Part shown: positions 13,480-33,403 of the stretch, in pieces | Layout of the letters: each line of letters starts with the position of its first letter | How positions within the stretch are numbered: position 1 is the stretch's first letter | Assembly: GCA_023515725.1 (NCBI GenBank) | Contig: JALDTO010000266.1 | Coordinates: 2,046,762-2,110,761, forward strand | Direction of reading: 5' to 3' | Length of the DNA: 64,000 bases | Source of the DNA: Amoeboaphelidium protococcarum X5 | Lineage: Eukaryota; Fungi; Aphelidiomycota | Notes under the pieces: model-generated | Databases searched by the model: none | What the model saw: the letters and a program-made list of their open reading frames with translations, nothing else | What the model was told of the DNA's origin: nothing | Position numbers and translations under genes: made by a program

Positions 13480-16470
13480 TCACTGATATTACTGCTTGAT
13501 TTCACTCTACTTTTCGCAGAGTCTACGGAACGCAAACTTTCCATTAGAATCCAACATGGCCATGATCACTTCTTTCTGAGTATCCTCGATTACACCACAA
13601 AGAGTGATCTAAATCTTCATCACGAGTGAAGACACCTCATCATTAGACACCTGCTGGGACATTCTAGTAAGAAAGGCGACAAGTGGAATAGCATGCTGCT
13701 TCATAGGGATGCTAAATGACGCGTTCTAACAAAGTCCTTTGGTAAGTCTAAGGATACATGTACCAAGTTCCAGTGCTTGAGCTTTCTCAGCTTTACGGAG
13801 ATGTTCAAAGAGAGGCTTCATTAGACAGATCACTTGAGGTAGAATTTTATACGCGCTTTGCACAGTAAGTACTCTATGAAGTAAAATGGCCAGAGTTTTG
13901 ACCTCTTAGAATTTAGGTAGTAAGCCTTTACGTGCAATTATCAAGCTCAGCGACTTTTCCAATGCAGAGATGCCCGAGAACGCCCCACCATCATGACTTA
14001 TGGCAACATGTAAACTCTTCATGAAGAGAAGCAAATCCAGCTAATCTAATTTATGAGCCAACTCTATACATTAATCATAGTTCAATGACAAGTCCAATTA
14101 TCCACTTTTAGATATACAATATATCTACGCGTAAACTTCCCAGTGAACATTTTATAGTGCTGCATGCAAAAACTCTCTCTTTCCAGACTGATTGTACAAA
14201 CCTTTAAGAGTCAATTACAATAGCATTACATGCTCAGAGACTTGCGAATTAAAGGCATTGAATAGTTGAGATAAATCTTCACTCGAAATAATATTAGACG
14301 CCAGAGTCCATATGCATTTATTAATGAAAGTATGTTAATGAGAACTGGCAGCATCGCATATCTTAATCCTATAGGAAATCTTTTTAAGATAATACTTATA
14401 GAACAGCTTGAACTGCTGTAAATCCAATTTGTTAGTATTAATGGAATCAACCAGCAGACTAACTATAACTTTATCGCAAATTTAAGTTCCCGCAAAGTCA
14501 CTGAGCAAAAGCCATTTATGATCTGGATCTCTCACTTAAAGAACCGCATTGAAAAGTTCCTCTTAAATATCAACGTCCTCTTATAACTACTGAAGTAGTT
14601 GAGAGGCAACTTTTAGCGAGATAATTCCAAGTTTAACGCCTTCAAGAAATACAGTACCAAGAATCTTCTAATCATTAAGTGGACGCCTACAATTCATCAA
14701 AACTTTAATAGCAGACTCAATATTACTCCACTCCGAATAATGTAGACTCTACTGTAGAAATTTAACACAAACCTGTTGAAGATTACTTTAAAACTCATTA
14801 TCAAATATATGAACAGGCACATAAGGCAGAACTGCACTCAATTGATCAATTTCCAACATTTACAGTACCTGCATAAGAGACTAGGCAGGAACGCGCAAAA
14901 TAAATCTCCATAAATCCACAGATTTTAACAAATTACCAAAATAAACAAATATAACGCGCAAAACTGTCTTTTAAACCTCAGGATAAAGTTGTCCTAAATA
15001 TGGCAGACTTTAAATGGCAATTCTCTTCTAATAGTCCGACTCCAATTCATCTCCACATTCTACATTCATTACACGCGCAGTATCAAATTCCAATTAGTTT
15101 TCCAGACTACCATCTTTTAAAGCCTCAAGCATCTACTTATAACTTCCAGTTAAATCTCCTAATTCTTCGCCATTTCCAAATGTAATCAGCCATTTACACA
15201 TACCAAGTACAATTTCACTTCTCGCAATCTAATTAGGTAACTGAAGCGGAACATCATTCAGCAGGCTGACCATCTTTTCATGCACCGCGGAGTAAAGCGA
15301 TTATCTCAACTAAATGCTCATCTGCTTCACTTGATCTACTACAGCTTATAGGAATATGCTGGACCTGTAAACATTATTCTCGCACACGGGCAGAGATGAG
15401 GTGATGGTCTACAGACACGAGGTAAAGAAGTCAACACCTTTACCAATACGACACTGATATTTAAGTATCAGCACAATCAGTTACGTTAAATCAACGTGAT
15501 CAGATTGAAGACCTCGTTCGACATGATTTTATACAATTTCAGCACACAACAGATTACCGTCAATATGCATCAACTCAATCTGGATAGCAGTATCAGATAT
15601 GCAGTTTTCTTAATTTTTCAAAATAGATTATATGAACACTTCATCGCCTTTAAAAGATAATCCGCTGCACCGCACAATCCGTAGACATTGACTGAGACCC
15701 TTTGGTAATTAGAGCAATCCAGACTACTGTTCGCCAGTGCCCAAATAGGATAGAAAACCGGCAACTAGCGCTCTCAGCTCAATCTATCGCTACATTGATA
15801 AACTACTACAGCCGTATGTCATGATGCGAAATATTTATAGCAGAGTAGATATAGAATCAGTATTATTTATACAAGAGTTTAGAAGAACCAGCAGTTTATA
15901 CTAAAAAGAAGCATACTTGGAATTAATTGATCGCTTCTGAGATAGCAACTGATTAAACGTCTCCCAATGACTATATGCAAACAGGGCACCATTCATCCAC
16001 GCGTCAAAGCATTTATAATTCTAAATTACTTTCACATTAGACAATGCCAACTCAAAATCGCCTTTTAAATCTTTCAAAGTTAGTCTACGGGCAATTTCCA
16101 CGGCAAACAGACACTCATTAGTTTAAGCGCCCTCTGAAGTCACTACAGCACAGAGAAGCTTTATCAGATCAGAGTTACTAAGGCCATTCAGACATTTAAT
16201 AATTTACATACGCGCAGATTTGAATAAAATCTTTTAATCAACTTTCTAAAATAACCACAATATCAGTCCAAATACTTGACGATTATGAGATATGGGCTTT
16301 CTCATCAGACGCGTCCACCACAAGAGTAACGCGCTCTCATCCATCTACTCGTGATCATCCTTTGTACAATACTGATATAGTCTTTGAATCTACTGGCATA
16401 TATAAGAAATCTAAGATTAGTCCTCTGGAAAATATACTTCCATGAGCTCATGGTTAGTACTAGCTTGCAT
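13480..16470 (-). CDS. URB2: Nucleolar pre-ribosomal protein Urb2/Npa2-like
   Basis: 997-codon Leu-rich helical ORF. C-terminus EVIMAMLDSNGKFAFRRLCEK resembles the Urb2 C-terminal domain. Confidence 0.6.
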
Positions 16471-16696
16471 TATTTTTAATCTTTTTCACTGTATCTCAAT
16501 CATTAAAAGCAGGCAAAGGCCGATGACCGAGAAGCTCGCGGTTACAGTGCAGATTTACGCGAAAAGGCTAAACAGACACAAAAGAGATCGAGTGAATGAG
16601 AGAGCGAGTCATTAAAACGCGTCAACACAGTTTCTCTTCATATTGTTTACGTACAAAATTGTAGTTACCAAAACACAAATACTATATCACAATACG

Positions 16697-18638
16697 TCAA
16701 AGAGCATCAATGACAAGATCGCCTTCAGATTGCGGCAAGTTGGCCATATTTTCGCGGTCATCACCAACGGCATTATGATCAATGTATTACTGTAGACTCT
16801 GCAGTGAAGATGATCCTGATTGCGAGCTCAATCCACTCTTATCTGACAACTTGCTTGATCTACACGGCTATTGATTACGATTAAACTAATAATAACTATT
16901 AGTGAATGTAAGCATTACAAATTTACCTTATATTAAGAGATCTTAATAATCGCTACTTGCTTTCATTCTACACCTGCCGCTTCTTTTCCAGTGTCAATCG
17001 ATCGACAGCACGTTCCAATTCATGCTTCTTCTCAATCAAGTCATGTTCCCTCTGCAGAAACTCTTTGATTTACACAGACATTTAATCAATCTGAGCATCG
17101 GAACTCTCGACCATAAGTGTCAATTTCTCCTGATTTTGTCTACTAATTGATAACTGTGCCGAGACACTGTCCTTAATAGAATTCAATTCTGCAATCTGAC
17201 ACTCTAACTCGGCGATTTACTTTCTCGAATCAGAAATTTCATCACTCAATCTTCCCACTTTTAACTAGTGCTACCGTTTAATGTCTTCAATCTCATTTCT
17301 CCATAGCTGCGTAGTTTTTTGCTATTCGAATAACAATGTTTACACCTCCTTCTTCAATTGCTGATTCTCCATCTTTAAAGAGGATAATTCTTGATGAAAC
17401 TTTTCAATACTTTGCGAGTGCTGTTACTTGATAGCTTTCATCCTGTTATCATTACTCGCAATCGCAGCCTCCTTACTAGCAATCAATTATTCTACCTCTG
17501 ATTTTCGCTCATTTAACAGCTTCACATGTTGGATTAGCTCAGATTTCATACTCTCATTCTCCTATTCCAATTATCTAATACGACTAGATTTAATTTCACT
17601 TCCCTACTACAGTAACTGTTTGTCACTCTCGAGTTTAGATTCCATACGAGACAATTATTAACTTAGAGTTTCCAACTGATGCACAGATTAATCTCTTTCA
17701 ACGGCCAGCTTCCTTGACTTGTTATTTAATTCCTCCAGCTGATTACTTTTCCTCTCCATGGCTGACTGTGAAGACTTGACCACCTATTCTAGTTCAAGTT
17801 TTAGAAGAAGATTATCTTTACTCACCAACGCCAACTACGATTTTAGATTGGCACTCTCAATCTGCAAATCAGTAATTTCATCGAATAATTTCCTCTACTT
17901 CTTATTATGATCATCATTAAGCATCGATACTTCTTGCTCAATCTACAACTTTATACCATTTTTCACTGACTGCAGTCTATGATTCAATCGACTTATATCC
18001 TCCAGTAATTCAGCTTCGCGGGCAGATTATTGTCCATCGCTACTGGTATTAATCATCTAATTCTCTCTAACAATACGCTTAGCTTCTTCAACTATAACCA
18101 GATTATCCGCTTTATCATTTTCCAACTCCACCACTCTCTCCTCAAGTGTATTGAATGCAGACTGGAGCATATCCCGCTCCCTCTAAACAATACTCAAATC
18201 CTCCAAAGCTTCTGCATAATATATTTTGAGAGATTAATGCTCATCCGACAGTTTGGAAAACTATTTCAAATCATCATCCACCTGACCCAGTTCTCCAATG
18301 GTGCCTTTATATGCCAATTGCAAGTCTTTGTTCTCCTAAAGCAGTTGCTTGATCTGCTGCTTCTAAGAGCGATTATCCTTTTACAACTTCTACAGACTTT
18401 CCCGGTGGTGAGATGCATCTGCTGCATATTATTACAGACTATTCAGATTCGATTTTAAAGTCGTAACCTCTTCTTACAATTACTAATTCCCAGACTCTAG
18501 CTGGTAAACATATTCCCGTGCGGCCAATAACTCTTCACGACAGTCACCCACTGCTCTCTTCAACTCTGACTTTTCTTATTCCAAAACATTCAATTTCTAC
18601 TACAGCACTTGAGCCAGCTACAAGTCTGTCTATGCCAT
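16697..18638 (-). CDS. Long coiled-coil protein (possibly centrosomal), 1 intron (16860-16926)
   Basis: 625 codons after removing a 67-nt GTAAAT..GTGTAG intron. E/Q/K/L heptad-rich throughout. Confidence 0.75.
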
Positions 18639-18885
18639 TTATCTTGAAATAGAATAACGCTAATAATAATATGTATATTTTATTGGTGAACTTTCAGATT
18701 TTCTGTTACAAAAAGTTCAAAGTAAAAGAAAGCGATTCCAAGCGGACTTTGATAGACAAAACAGGATCAAGAACTCTTATTATTCACGTTGAAGGTGTAT
18801 GGTGGGTGGTAACTTGGCTATTTCTTATAAAAAATTCAAAACAATACGCGGAATATAGCAATACAGAATTAAAATAATAAAATAT

Positions 18886-21018
<2,133 letters not shown>

Positions 21019-21522
21019 TATGTTGAATAATTTTTGTAATTGGCAATTGTGTTAGATACATTTAAGAAGAGTACAAAATAACGCGTAAAAATTTTTTTGT
21101 CAATTTCTTCTTCACCTTCAATGCTCTGTTAATAAGGGGTTTCGATGTCCGTAAAGAGTTCGGTGGTTTTACTTTGCACTAAAATTTACAGCTCTTGAGA
21201 ATGTATTCAATCTTTAATTTTTTAACTACCCGGAGAATAAATGGACCTTGTGTATTAATTAATTAGACTATTTTTTGCCTGTTTTACAAGAAATGTTGAT
21301 TGTAATGAGACAATTAATGCTTCAATCATTCATTTCATATGCGCACGTGTTTTGAGGTTTGGCCATAATTTACATTGTCTCAAGTTCCAGGTTTAACCGT
21401 GCTTTGTTTTCTTTATGTGTACGACAATAATTGTAGATGCCCAAAGCTATTCCGTCAAACGTACAATTAAAGATATAAAAGCAAAACATAAGCTGAAAGA
21501 TTGGAAACAACGTAAAACATAT

Positions 21523-22901
21523 TCAGTCAACAAGATCAGAGTCGTACACATCCCAGATATCACCATCAACCTTCTAGGTACGCTCTAGATCAATAATACG
21601 AACGCGTCCCTAATTGTCAATTGTCAAATTAGCAGGTCGCACATCTCCATGTTGATAGCCCAGATCGTGAATTTACTTAAGCGCGGCATCAATATCACCT
21701 TAGCGTTCTTTGCACTGTTCAATAGTCATAGATAATCCAACATTCTCAATCACGATCATCTGCAGAAATCCACACCAAGTACCGTACGCATAAAACTTGG
21801 GAATTACTGAACCTTGAAGCGATTCCAACTCATAGTACATCCGAACCTCATGATCAAATAGCGCCTTAGCTTCAGGTCTCTTCGACAAATCGACAGTCTT
21901 GAATATGACTCCTTAGTGACTTGCATAACTGCCAACAGCCACAGCGCCGGTCTTACCGCGTGCAATAATATTTTTCCAATGACAAAATTTATCCAGCTCA
22001 TCAGACGTGTATGAAATGGAGCGTGCTCTGCGAGTAATAGCCGGACTGACCACATTGCTGCTGTGGGGTGATGCATACATCCATTCATTGGGATGACTCT
22101 CGATTTAAGCCAATATAAACAGCCATGCAGAAACTAAAGTAAACGGTCTACGCTGAGAACATCTCACTGCAGGTGAAATCTCCAGCAGCGAACATCCCTC
22201 TTTCTCAGGATCTTCTACTTTCCTAAGAAAAACAGTTTCGTTAAACGTCGACAAGACACCATAACGGTGACGATTCATTGTCATATATGCGTAAATTTGT
22301 TCGACTGCCCGGATAGCTTTACCCTTCTCAATCTACTTGCTCGGCTCTTTTCTTTCTGACACCTTTCTGTGATATTCCGCATATTATTACTCGTAAATTG
22401 TTATCAGATCAGACAGACTGTTGACAGCCCAAGGAGTCTTCAATTAGATGGTAAGTTTTGCAATCCTTTATCTCTAGCGGAAACCCAAACTTAATCTGGA
22501 TCGCCCAATGCATAGGTGCCGGATTTCGGCAGAAAGGCGCAGGTGCTTCCAAAATACTGGTAATCTTTATGATCCGACAACTAATTACAGCACAGAGCAA
22601 TAAGTTTAAGTATAATTCCACTGTATGCAGATAAAACTTGAGACTCATCACCAACAGGATCCTACTAGGGGACTGCTGTAGGCCGAGATAATTGCAAATC
22701 AGGAATCTGCTATTAAAAATCTGAAACAGCCGCGTCAAAATCTTTCCTCGCACGCAGATCAATTTGCGTGATTTGAGGGTATTTTATGCTAACACTTCTG
22801 GTAGTGGCAGTTCTACTTCTCATTTAATTAGCACGACACTCTTAAAAACAAAGATCGACAACTTCATTCATCCATTTCAGTGCTTTTGAGTGAGACTACA
22901 T
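21523..22901 (-). pseudogene. PD-(D/E)XK nuclease-like domain fused to a protein-kinase-like domain (Crinkler REase+kinase architecture); frameshift at about 22460-22495
   Basis: Upstream frame ...VGDESQV...ALGDPDQVWV switches to the frame with KLTI[TAA]LKTPW...AVEQIYAYMTMNRHRYGVLSTFNETVFLRK. Kinase follows: IFKTVD, HEVRMY..LQGSVIPKFY, IHDLGYQHGDVRPANL, VRIIDLE; TGA 21523. Confidence 0.7.
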
Positions 22902-23093
22902 AAGGTGGTAGAAAATATCATTGCCGTGTACAGCATCCTACTACTACCATTGTTTTCTAGACAAACGATATAAACGCCAGTATGCTTCATCTTAATTCTA
23001 CTCCAAGTCAGAGATCAGACTTTACGGTACAGGCTGTAATGACTGCAAGTAACTCAACAGGTCAGATCAGGATAAAGAAGTGCAAAGCGCGTG

Positions 23094-23145
23094 ATTGGCA
23101 TTATAAAACTGAGCCGTCCAATCAAGAGCCAATCATAGCGATTGG
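23094..23145. promoter_or_regulatory. Cluster of four CCAAT boxes upstream of the nuclease-kinase locus
   Basis: ATTGG 23094, CCAAT 23118, CCAAT 23129, ATTGG 23141. Confidence 0.35.
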
Positions 23146-24213
23146 TTTCACCAAAGTGTAATGTTAATGGACTCTCATCTGATATATGTACTGCATCAGT
23201 TCAAAAAGCATTATTGTATATAGACAATAAAAATTACAATCTTGACTACAAAAACACATCCAATTTTGCGGCAATATCACTTTAGGAGGCCAATACTAAG
23301 TATACAAAATATTAGATAAAATTGGAGCACAATCATGAAAGCGCCAAACACGCATGATGATAATATCCATCTTTCTGAAAATTACATTCACTTTGCTACT
23401 AAGCCCCTTGTGGAAAAGGATACTAGAATATATCAAACGATTTAGAGTTTCAGACATCTATTGAATTCGATCAATACAATTGAATACTGTATGTGCATGA
23501 CAGAGAGAGCAATAGACTCACTACCATAACCACATACATCTGTGTGAGTGTCAATTTATCCGACAAAAAGATGCAGCGGCAAGCAAAGTAATCTTTTATG
23601 TTCTGGAACTGATGATAGAACTAAAATTTTAAGGATTCAGACCAGAATGCTTTGAATTATCTTAAGATATTGACAGCATCTCACGCGTTATCTTGTAGTC
23701 AATACCGACGGTAAAGGATACCAGCTTTTCGAAGGCTGTCTCAGCAATAAATTAAGCAATATCTTTTTTCCAAGACTTAGAAAATAGATGTCCACTGTTT
23801 AATTACTTAGGATCTTGGCGTTATATCAGCTTCGTTTTATACAGAAAACTCCATAATCTCCAAATGGTCCGTTTACAGGTGAGTCAGAGATTTCAGTATA
23901 TAACTTTTATATCGGACACCTTCAAAAGAATAGGCGGCGGCCAATGGGACAGAAGATACCAAAGTCTACTTCGGTAGCAGTATATCGTACCACTCATGAG
24001 TAGCAGCGACCCGTTCAAAAATACTTTCACCCACTTTATTCAGTCTAGAACTTTATTCTCAGTTAAAACTGCGATTATAAATCGTATCTGCTGGTGAAGT
24101 ATTCTTCTGGTAAGGGAAAGGTAAGGCGCGACTGCAAAATTTCTTCTTTTATGAAAGTACGAACGAAATTGCAGCCAAATCTATTCTATGCATTTAATAG
24201 CACAACCAAAACC

Positions 24214-25943
24214 ATGATATTCGCTAATCATTTAAAGAGTTAGTCTCGTGTCGTTTTGAATTAAATATATCAAGATTCTCCGTCTTCATGCCTTGCCGTG
24301 TTCAGAATGTTGCAGTATGGTTCGCAATTGATTCTGATGCGATTACTTACAGCACCGCATGAACTTTCCATCAGCTCCGTGTTATTAAGATCATGGTTTA
24401 TGTCAACGCCTCAAGGTCGCTTACAGTATGAACAGTTGTTAGAGTAATTAAAGTCTCTTGCTATTCTATTGCCTGGCACAGGAAGCGATGTCGATGATCA
24501 TCATGATGATGTGATGGGCATGGACGGAATGGATGGCGATCTTAATGCTGATGAAGTTTACACTGTGAACGAGTAATTCAAATTAGGACTCACATAGACT
24601 CTATTAGGAACGTAAGATTAATAAAGTCCATTTAAAGTCGCAATGATATATTTTACATCAGTATTATGATCTAGTGTAGGGCAGAGCGAGGATCCTTTGG
24701 TATGTAGTGTTAATCTATTGATTTGACAAAGAAGGCGTCAATGCTCTCTCCTGCCCAGCTAGAATATTATGCAAGTACAAAATGGGAAGGTATTCTGCAT
24801 TTCATGGTTGGATCTGGTCAGTAGTTGAAGACAGTGACACCATCATAGAATGTCCTGTAATTACTACTGGATTCTGGACTTATGCAAGTGTTGGATGGAG
24901 ATTAAGATCGAAAGAGAAAATCATCAATTAGAGCTGCCACCTCTGATATGCATATCACTAATTTAGGATTTTAATTCCTATTGCAAGATATAGTCACTCA
25001 GGTGTAGAGTATTCTTCTATACTACGCGGATGCTGTATAAAAGCTTAATGGAAATATTGTTCGTGTCCAGGTTGAAGTCTTTCAGATGATATTCATGTTG
25101 GGGCAGTTACAGGTTGGTCGACCTTACGAAATTAATATAAATCAACAGTCGCGGTATACAGAGACTCAGATTACTCTCCTGGATGATCTAAGTGAACTGG
25201 GCCTCGTCCGTATAGTGCAGAGTGATTCTAATCTACTGGTATTCACACCTACTCAATTATGCTCTGCTATTAACGCGTCCACTTCATCATCCGCAGTATC
25301 GTCTTCGTCATCTCTATAGATTGTTAATAAGTTTAACAATACGCAAGTACATCAGCAAGACTCTTTTATCATTGTGGAAACCAATTTCCGAGTGTATGCT
25401 TATACGGATTCACCTCTCAAGATATCCATCATATCGCTATTCACGCAGATCAATGCCAAGTTCCCCAATTTTGTGGTTGGTCAAGTAACTAGAGATTCAG
25501 TGAGACGGGCACTAAGGAATGGTATTACGGCCAAGTTGATATGCTAGTTTCTTTAATCTCACGCACATCCTATAGTGGTCAAGGCGCAGCAATAGTAACA
25601 GTATGGAATGAGCCATCAGAGTAATGTCCCTCCATCGGTAATTGATCAGATTTGCTTATGGGAGATTGAAAGGAATCGACTGGCTCTGAAAGATGGCTTC
25701 TTATACCGCGACTTTAGTGTGGAAGAAGAGTGGGAGGCTACTCTGAAATATGCCCAGGATCTAAATATTTTGTTATGGACTTCAACGCCCAGTACGATGC
25801 CATCCTAATAAAGTTCATCATCATCATCATTTACTGGTCTCAGTCTGCCAGTCAATAAAAGGCAGCTGGTTGTTAGTGCCGAGGGGCATCAACTGCTCAA
25901 AGAGTTTGTTAAAGATTGGTCCATCCAACAAAAGAATTAGTGA
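24214..25943 (+). CDS. TFB2: TFIIH subunit Tfb2/p52, 1 intron (24612-24679)
   Basis: 554 codons. PSSCLAVFRML, KWEGILHFMVG, ITNLGF[TAA=Q]FLLQD, IIVETNFRVYAYT, VTRDSVRRALRNGITA, PPSVIDQICLWEIERNR. Confidence 0.95.
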
Positions 25944-26331
25944 TTATTATACACTCTTAATTCCACCCCTTTATTGTAGTTGACTACGCGTATTTTAATC
26001 TCTTGTCGGTTGGTATTAAAGGTTCCACCGACCGTAAAAAATTCGTTCTTTACAACAATCTTTCTTATTAAGAGCTTCGACCTCCGACTGACTGACTGTC
26101 TTGCTCTCTCGCTCGTTCTCAATCGCAGCGAAACGAAACGAAACGCGCCGTTTAAACTGATCAATCGACCAACGAAGGATCGATCATCTTCTCTCTTCTC
26201 TTTGTCACCAACCTCAGAAAGTGTGTTATTATATCGGGAGCCTACCTTATTAATTAAAGGTCAAGTGTTAGGATTAAAACTGTCTTACTTGAAAGAGCAT
26301 ATTATCAATTACAGAGATTTTGTGAGACGCA

Positions 26332-29300
26332 ATGACCAAGTTGATGCTATCGTTGGATGAAGCGGCGAAGGATAGTCCTCTGTTTAGAGCCACTCTGTCC
26401 AAGATTGAAGATGATATTGAGCAGGTGGCCCAGTGGCTGGATTCTTGTATCCGTGCTGGAAGAGGATTTAATGAAGAGCTGATAAAGTTTAATAGTATGA
26501 CCACCCTCCTTGCACATAGATTACATTTGGCTCATCGTGGATAGTCTTCATCATCATCACAATCATAATAATAGTTGTCCCCTAATGATGGTGTTAGGAG
26601 GCAATAGTTTATAGATTCTCAAGTCACCACAAAAATGTTGGATACATTCAGCGAGAGTCTGCAGTGTATTAGTCCATTCAGTTAGAAGCTGATTGATGAG
26701 GTTGAAGAGCTGCTTATAAGTCCTCTAGTTGCATTGCTCAAATACGAACTGGCTCATTTGAAAGAGAAACGACGCAATTATGAGCGTATAGTTGACAAGT
26801 ATGAGTACCAAGTGGGGAAGTATGTTGGTATTAGCAGATCAAAGGAGCCTTCTGCCATTAGAGAAGATGCGTTCCAGCTATATGATGTTCGCAAGTCTTA
26901 TATCGCCGCAACGTTGGATTATACGTGTGCTATTGTGAAATTTAAGCGTAAATTGGATGTGGTTCTGTATGAGAGTATTGATCAGCTGTATGAGCAATTT
27001 ACCGAATTCTACTCTAATTGCCAGTAGATTTACGATGGCTTCAAGCCTAGAATTTCAGAGATAAAGCAGGTGTATGAGCGCAATAAAGATTATCTGGATG
27101 AGTACAGCGCAGATTATGAAAGCACTACGCCGCTGATGATTTAACAGTTGATTGCCAAAGCTAAACCATCCTCAGCTCTGCCTATGAATACTGTACCTGA
27201 AAAGCCAGCTGTTACTGAGCAATCACTTACGCATAAAGCGGGTTATCTGTATAAGAAATATGGTGCTAGGAGTGCGATTGGTGTGGCACAATGGAATAGA
27301 AAATGGGTCATCGTTCAGAATGGCAAACTCCTATTTCATACCATGGTGAATAGATCTACTATCGGGGTGTCTTATTCCCTTCCACTCTCGCTGGCGGAAG
27401 TTCGCATAGATGATAAGTCTGATCGGCGTTTTGTATTTGAACTGCTCACTAATAAGAAGTCTTATTACTTTCAGGCAGAGACGGAATAGGATCTTCTTAC
27501 CTGGGTTGAATGTATCGAGGCCGCCAAATTGTCCTCTATGGATCGAGACAATATGGACAGTGTCCGCTTGGATGATGAAAAGATGCTGGATGATGACGAG
27601 TATGAGGAGACGTTGAATGTTGAGATTATGGCCTCTGTGTAGGATGTTACTTGCGCATCTGATCAGTCTGGTGTTTTGATGCCATCCACTCAATAGCCAC
27701 TTCTACTTAGTGCCAAAGTTGTGCACTTTGTCAAGTATCCAAATGCTGCAATGAGGAAGAAGAATCAGGAATTTCATTATGCCGTCAAGGCTGTCGGATC
27801 TGATGAGTATGTGATGGAGGCTTTTACCTCGGCCTTCTGCCCAAAGAATAGCAGTGAATGCATACCTGGAAAGTTGTACCTCACTCAAAAATCTATATGC
27901 TTTGTCAGTTCTGCTTCTGCGTCTGGATCGATAATTCTTCTCCTGCCGCTCAGTCAGGTGTAGTCTGTGCATAAGAGCGACTACAACTGCACTTCCTCTC
28001 TATACTACTCGGTGTCTCAGTTATCGCAGATGGTTGACTCTCAAGAGTATGAGGTGGTTAATGTCGATCATATTCTACAGGTTCCATTTGAATGTGAGAG
28101 AGCTTTTGGTGCGTCACAGCTGCTGATTAATAATGTTTAGAATTAGGAGAGAAGTGCACAGAGTCTATTTGATGAGATTTACGCCAAGTATCGAGCTTCA
28201 CCTGCAGAGTAAATTCAGCAGCTATAATAGTAGTAGTAATAATAAAAGATTTAGTAGTAGCAATAATCACAGTAGCAATAAAAATTGCCATATGATGAAC
28301 AAGGCGGTGTGTAAACTACCTATAAGTGGCCTGAAGATGCTCCGGCTCAACCTTAAGAAGAGGTAAAATGTGGCTGTGGGAGTCATTTTGAGCGAGAAGA
28401 GCACAATCTGGAGCTCGATGTTCCTGCACATATACTCTTTGCATAGTTATTTGAATAGAAGCAGATCTTTGAATAGGTGCATCAGCTGAGAAATGATTGG
28501 GATGTCACAATATCTTATTGGGCTGTAAATGATGGTAGTGGTGATTAATAGTCGAAATCTCGCACAGTCAGATGGATGTTTAATGTAAATAATCCAATGG
28601 TTAGTCTCAAGACTACAGATTGTATTGAAGTGTAGACTGTGACTAGTGAACGCAAGTACCAGTGCTATGTTGTGGACTGTTATAGCAAAACTGTGAAAGT
28701 CCCGTATGGTGATGCTTTCTAGACTCAGACAAGGTTCTGTATTACATACATTGGCGCTAGTAAGTGCAGATTGCGTATAACGATTGGTGTCGAGTGGTTC
28801 AAGAATCCAATGGTGAAGAGTATTATTAAATCTTAAGCAATGAAGGGACTTACGGATTATTTGAAAGATTTAGTCAAGATTATTCAGACTTAAGTTGTTA
28901 AGTCACCTGATGGTAAAAGCCTAGGACCAGGACTTGATAGTAAAACTGCAAAGGCTGTCCCACCTCAATCGGGAGATTCGAAAATTAGCACGCTTGGTGT
29001 TAATGATCTGTCACTATCCTCGATTATTTCCCAACTATTGGATATCACCAGCTATTTCACTGTCTAAACTATCGCTGCTGTTGTATTTACTATCGTTGTG
29101 ATGCTGGTGGTGTAATTCTTTTTGAGTAAATCTCCTATATAGTCATCGAATAGTCATCAGTCTTCTGGTGATTATCATCATCATCATCAGCAGTAGCAGT
29201 AGTAGCAATTTGCGCTATAGTACGACTCTGTATCCTAGGATGTGGTGGGTATTTATCTGCGCGATATTCAAGATTCATTGTTGAATAGTAACTCGACTCT

Positions 29301-29649
29301 TGTTATGGGTAATGCGCACAGGGCCATGTTGAAGAGAGCCAGTTTCCAGGCGTTCCTATCTAGTGATAATCATCGCTGGTTCAAACAAAAAAGTAGAAAG
29401 TAGCACAGGGTCAAATTGGAAATGTTGAAGCATCTAAGAATGTACCGGAAACATCTACTCGACTCTTTCAGATAAATAAATCAAATGGAGTATGAGTTAC
29501 TGACTGCTTAGTATGCTTTATGGATGAGAGATTAAATTTTGCACTGTCAGTCTCTTCTGGATAAGGTGGATGTTAAACACCGCTCAAAGTTGCAAAATGC
29601 ATGTAAAGCTCTCCAAGTTGATCTAAGATTGTTACAGGTTTATCAATGA
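26332..29649 (+). CDS. BAR-PH-GRAM-VASt sterol transport protein (Sip3/Ysp1/Lam1-like)
   Basis: 1106 codons. LDEAAKDSPLFRA (BAR), HKAGYLYKK..WNRKW..DRRFVFE (PH), PGKLYLTQ (GRAM), VPYGDAFQTQTRFCIT (VASt), and a C-terminal TM helix. Confidence 0.9.
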
Positions 29650-29707
29650 TAGCGTAATCGTATTGAAATGAAAACATTTGTCTATGATGATAAAATTTAT
29701 CGTTTAA

Positions 29708-33140
<3,433 letters not shown>

Positions 33141-33403
33141 TATACAGACTTTACCACAAGAATATGCGTGATAAAATATACAATATTGCGTATACACACA
33201 GCTCAGATAGCTGTACTTTATAAAAGTCGTGAATAAATCGTAACAGGAAAGAAGTTGAAACGAATCGACTGAAACTGAAACGAGAGATTCCTGTTCGATC
33301 AATCGTAGAAATGGAGATAACGCAACAATATGGACGAGAGTGAAGAACTTGGATTACTCTAAGTGGAGTGATCGCGGATATGTATTCTAATAAATTATCA
33401 TAA

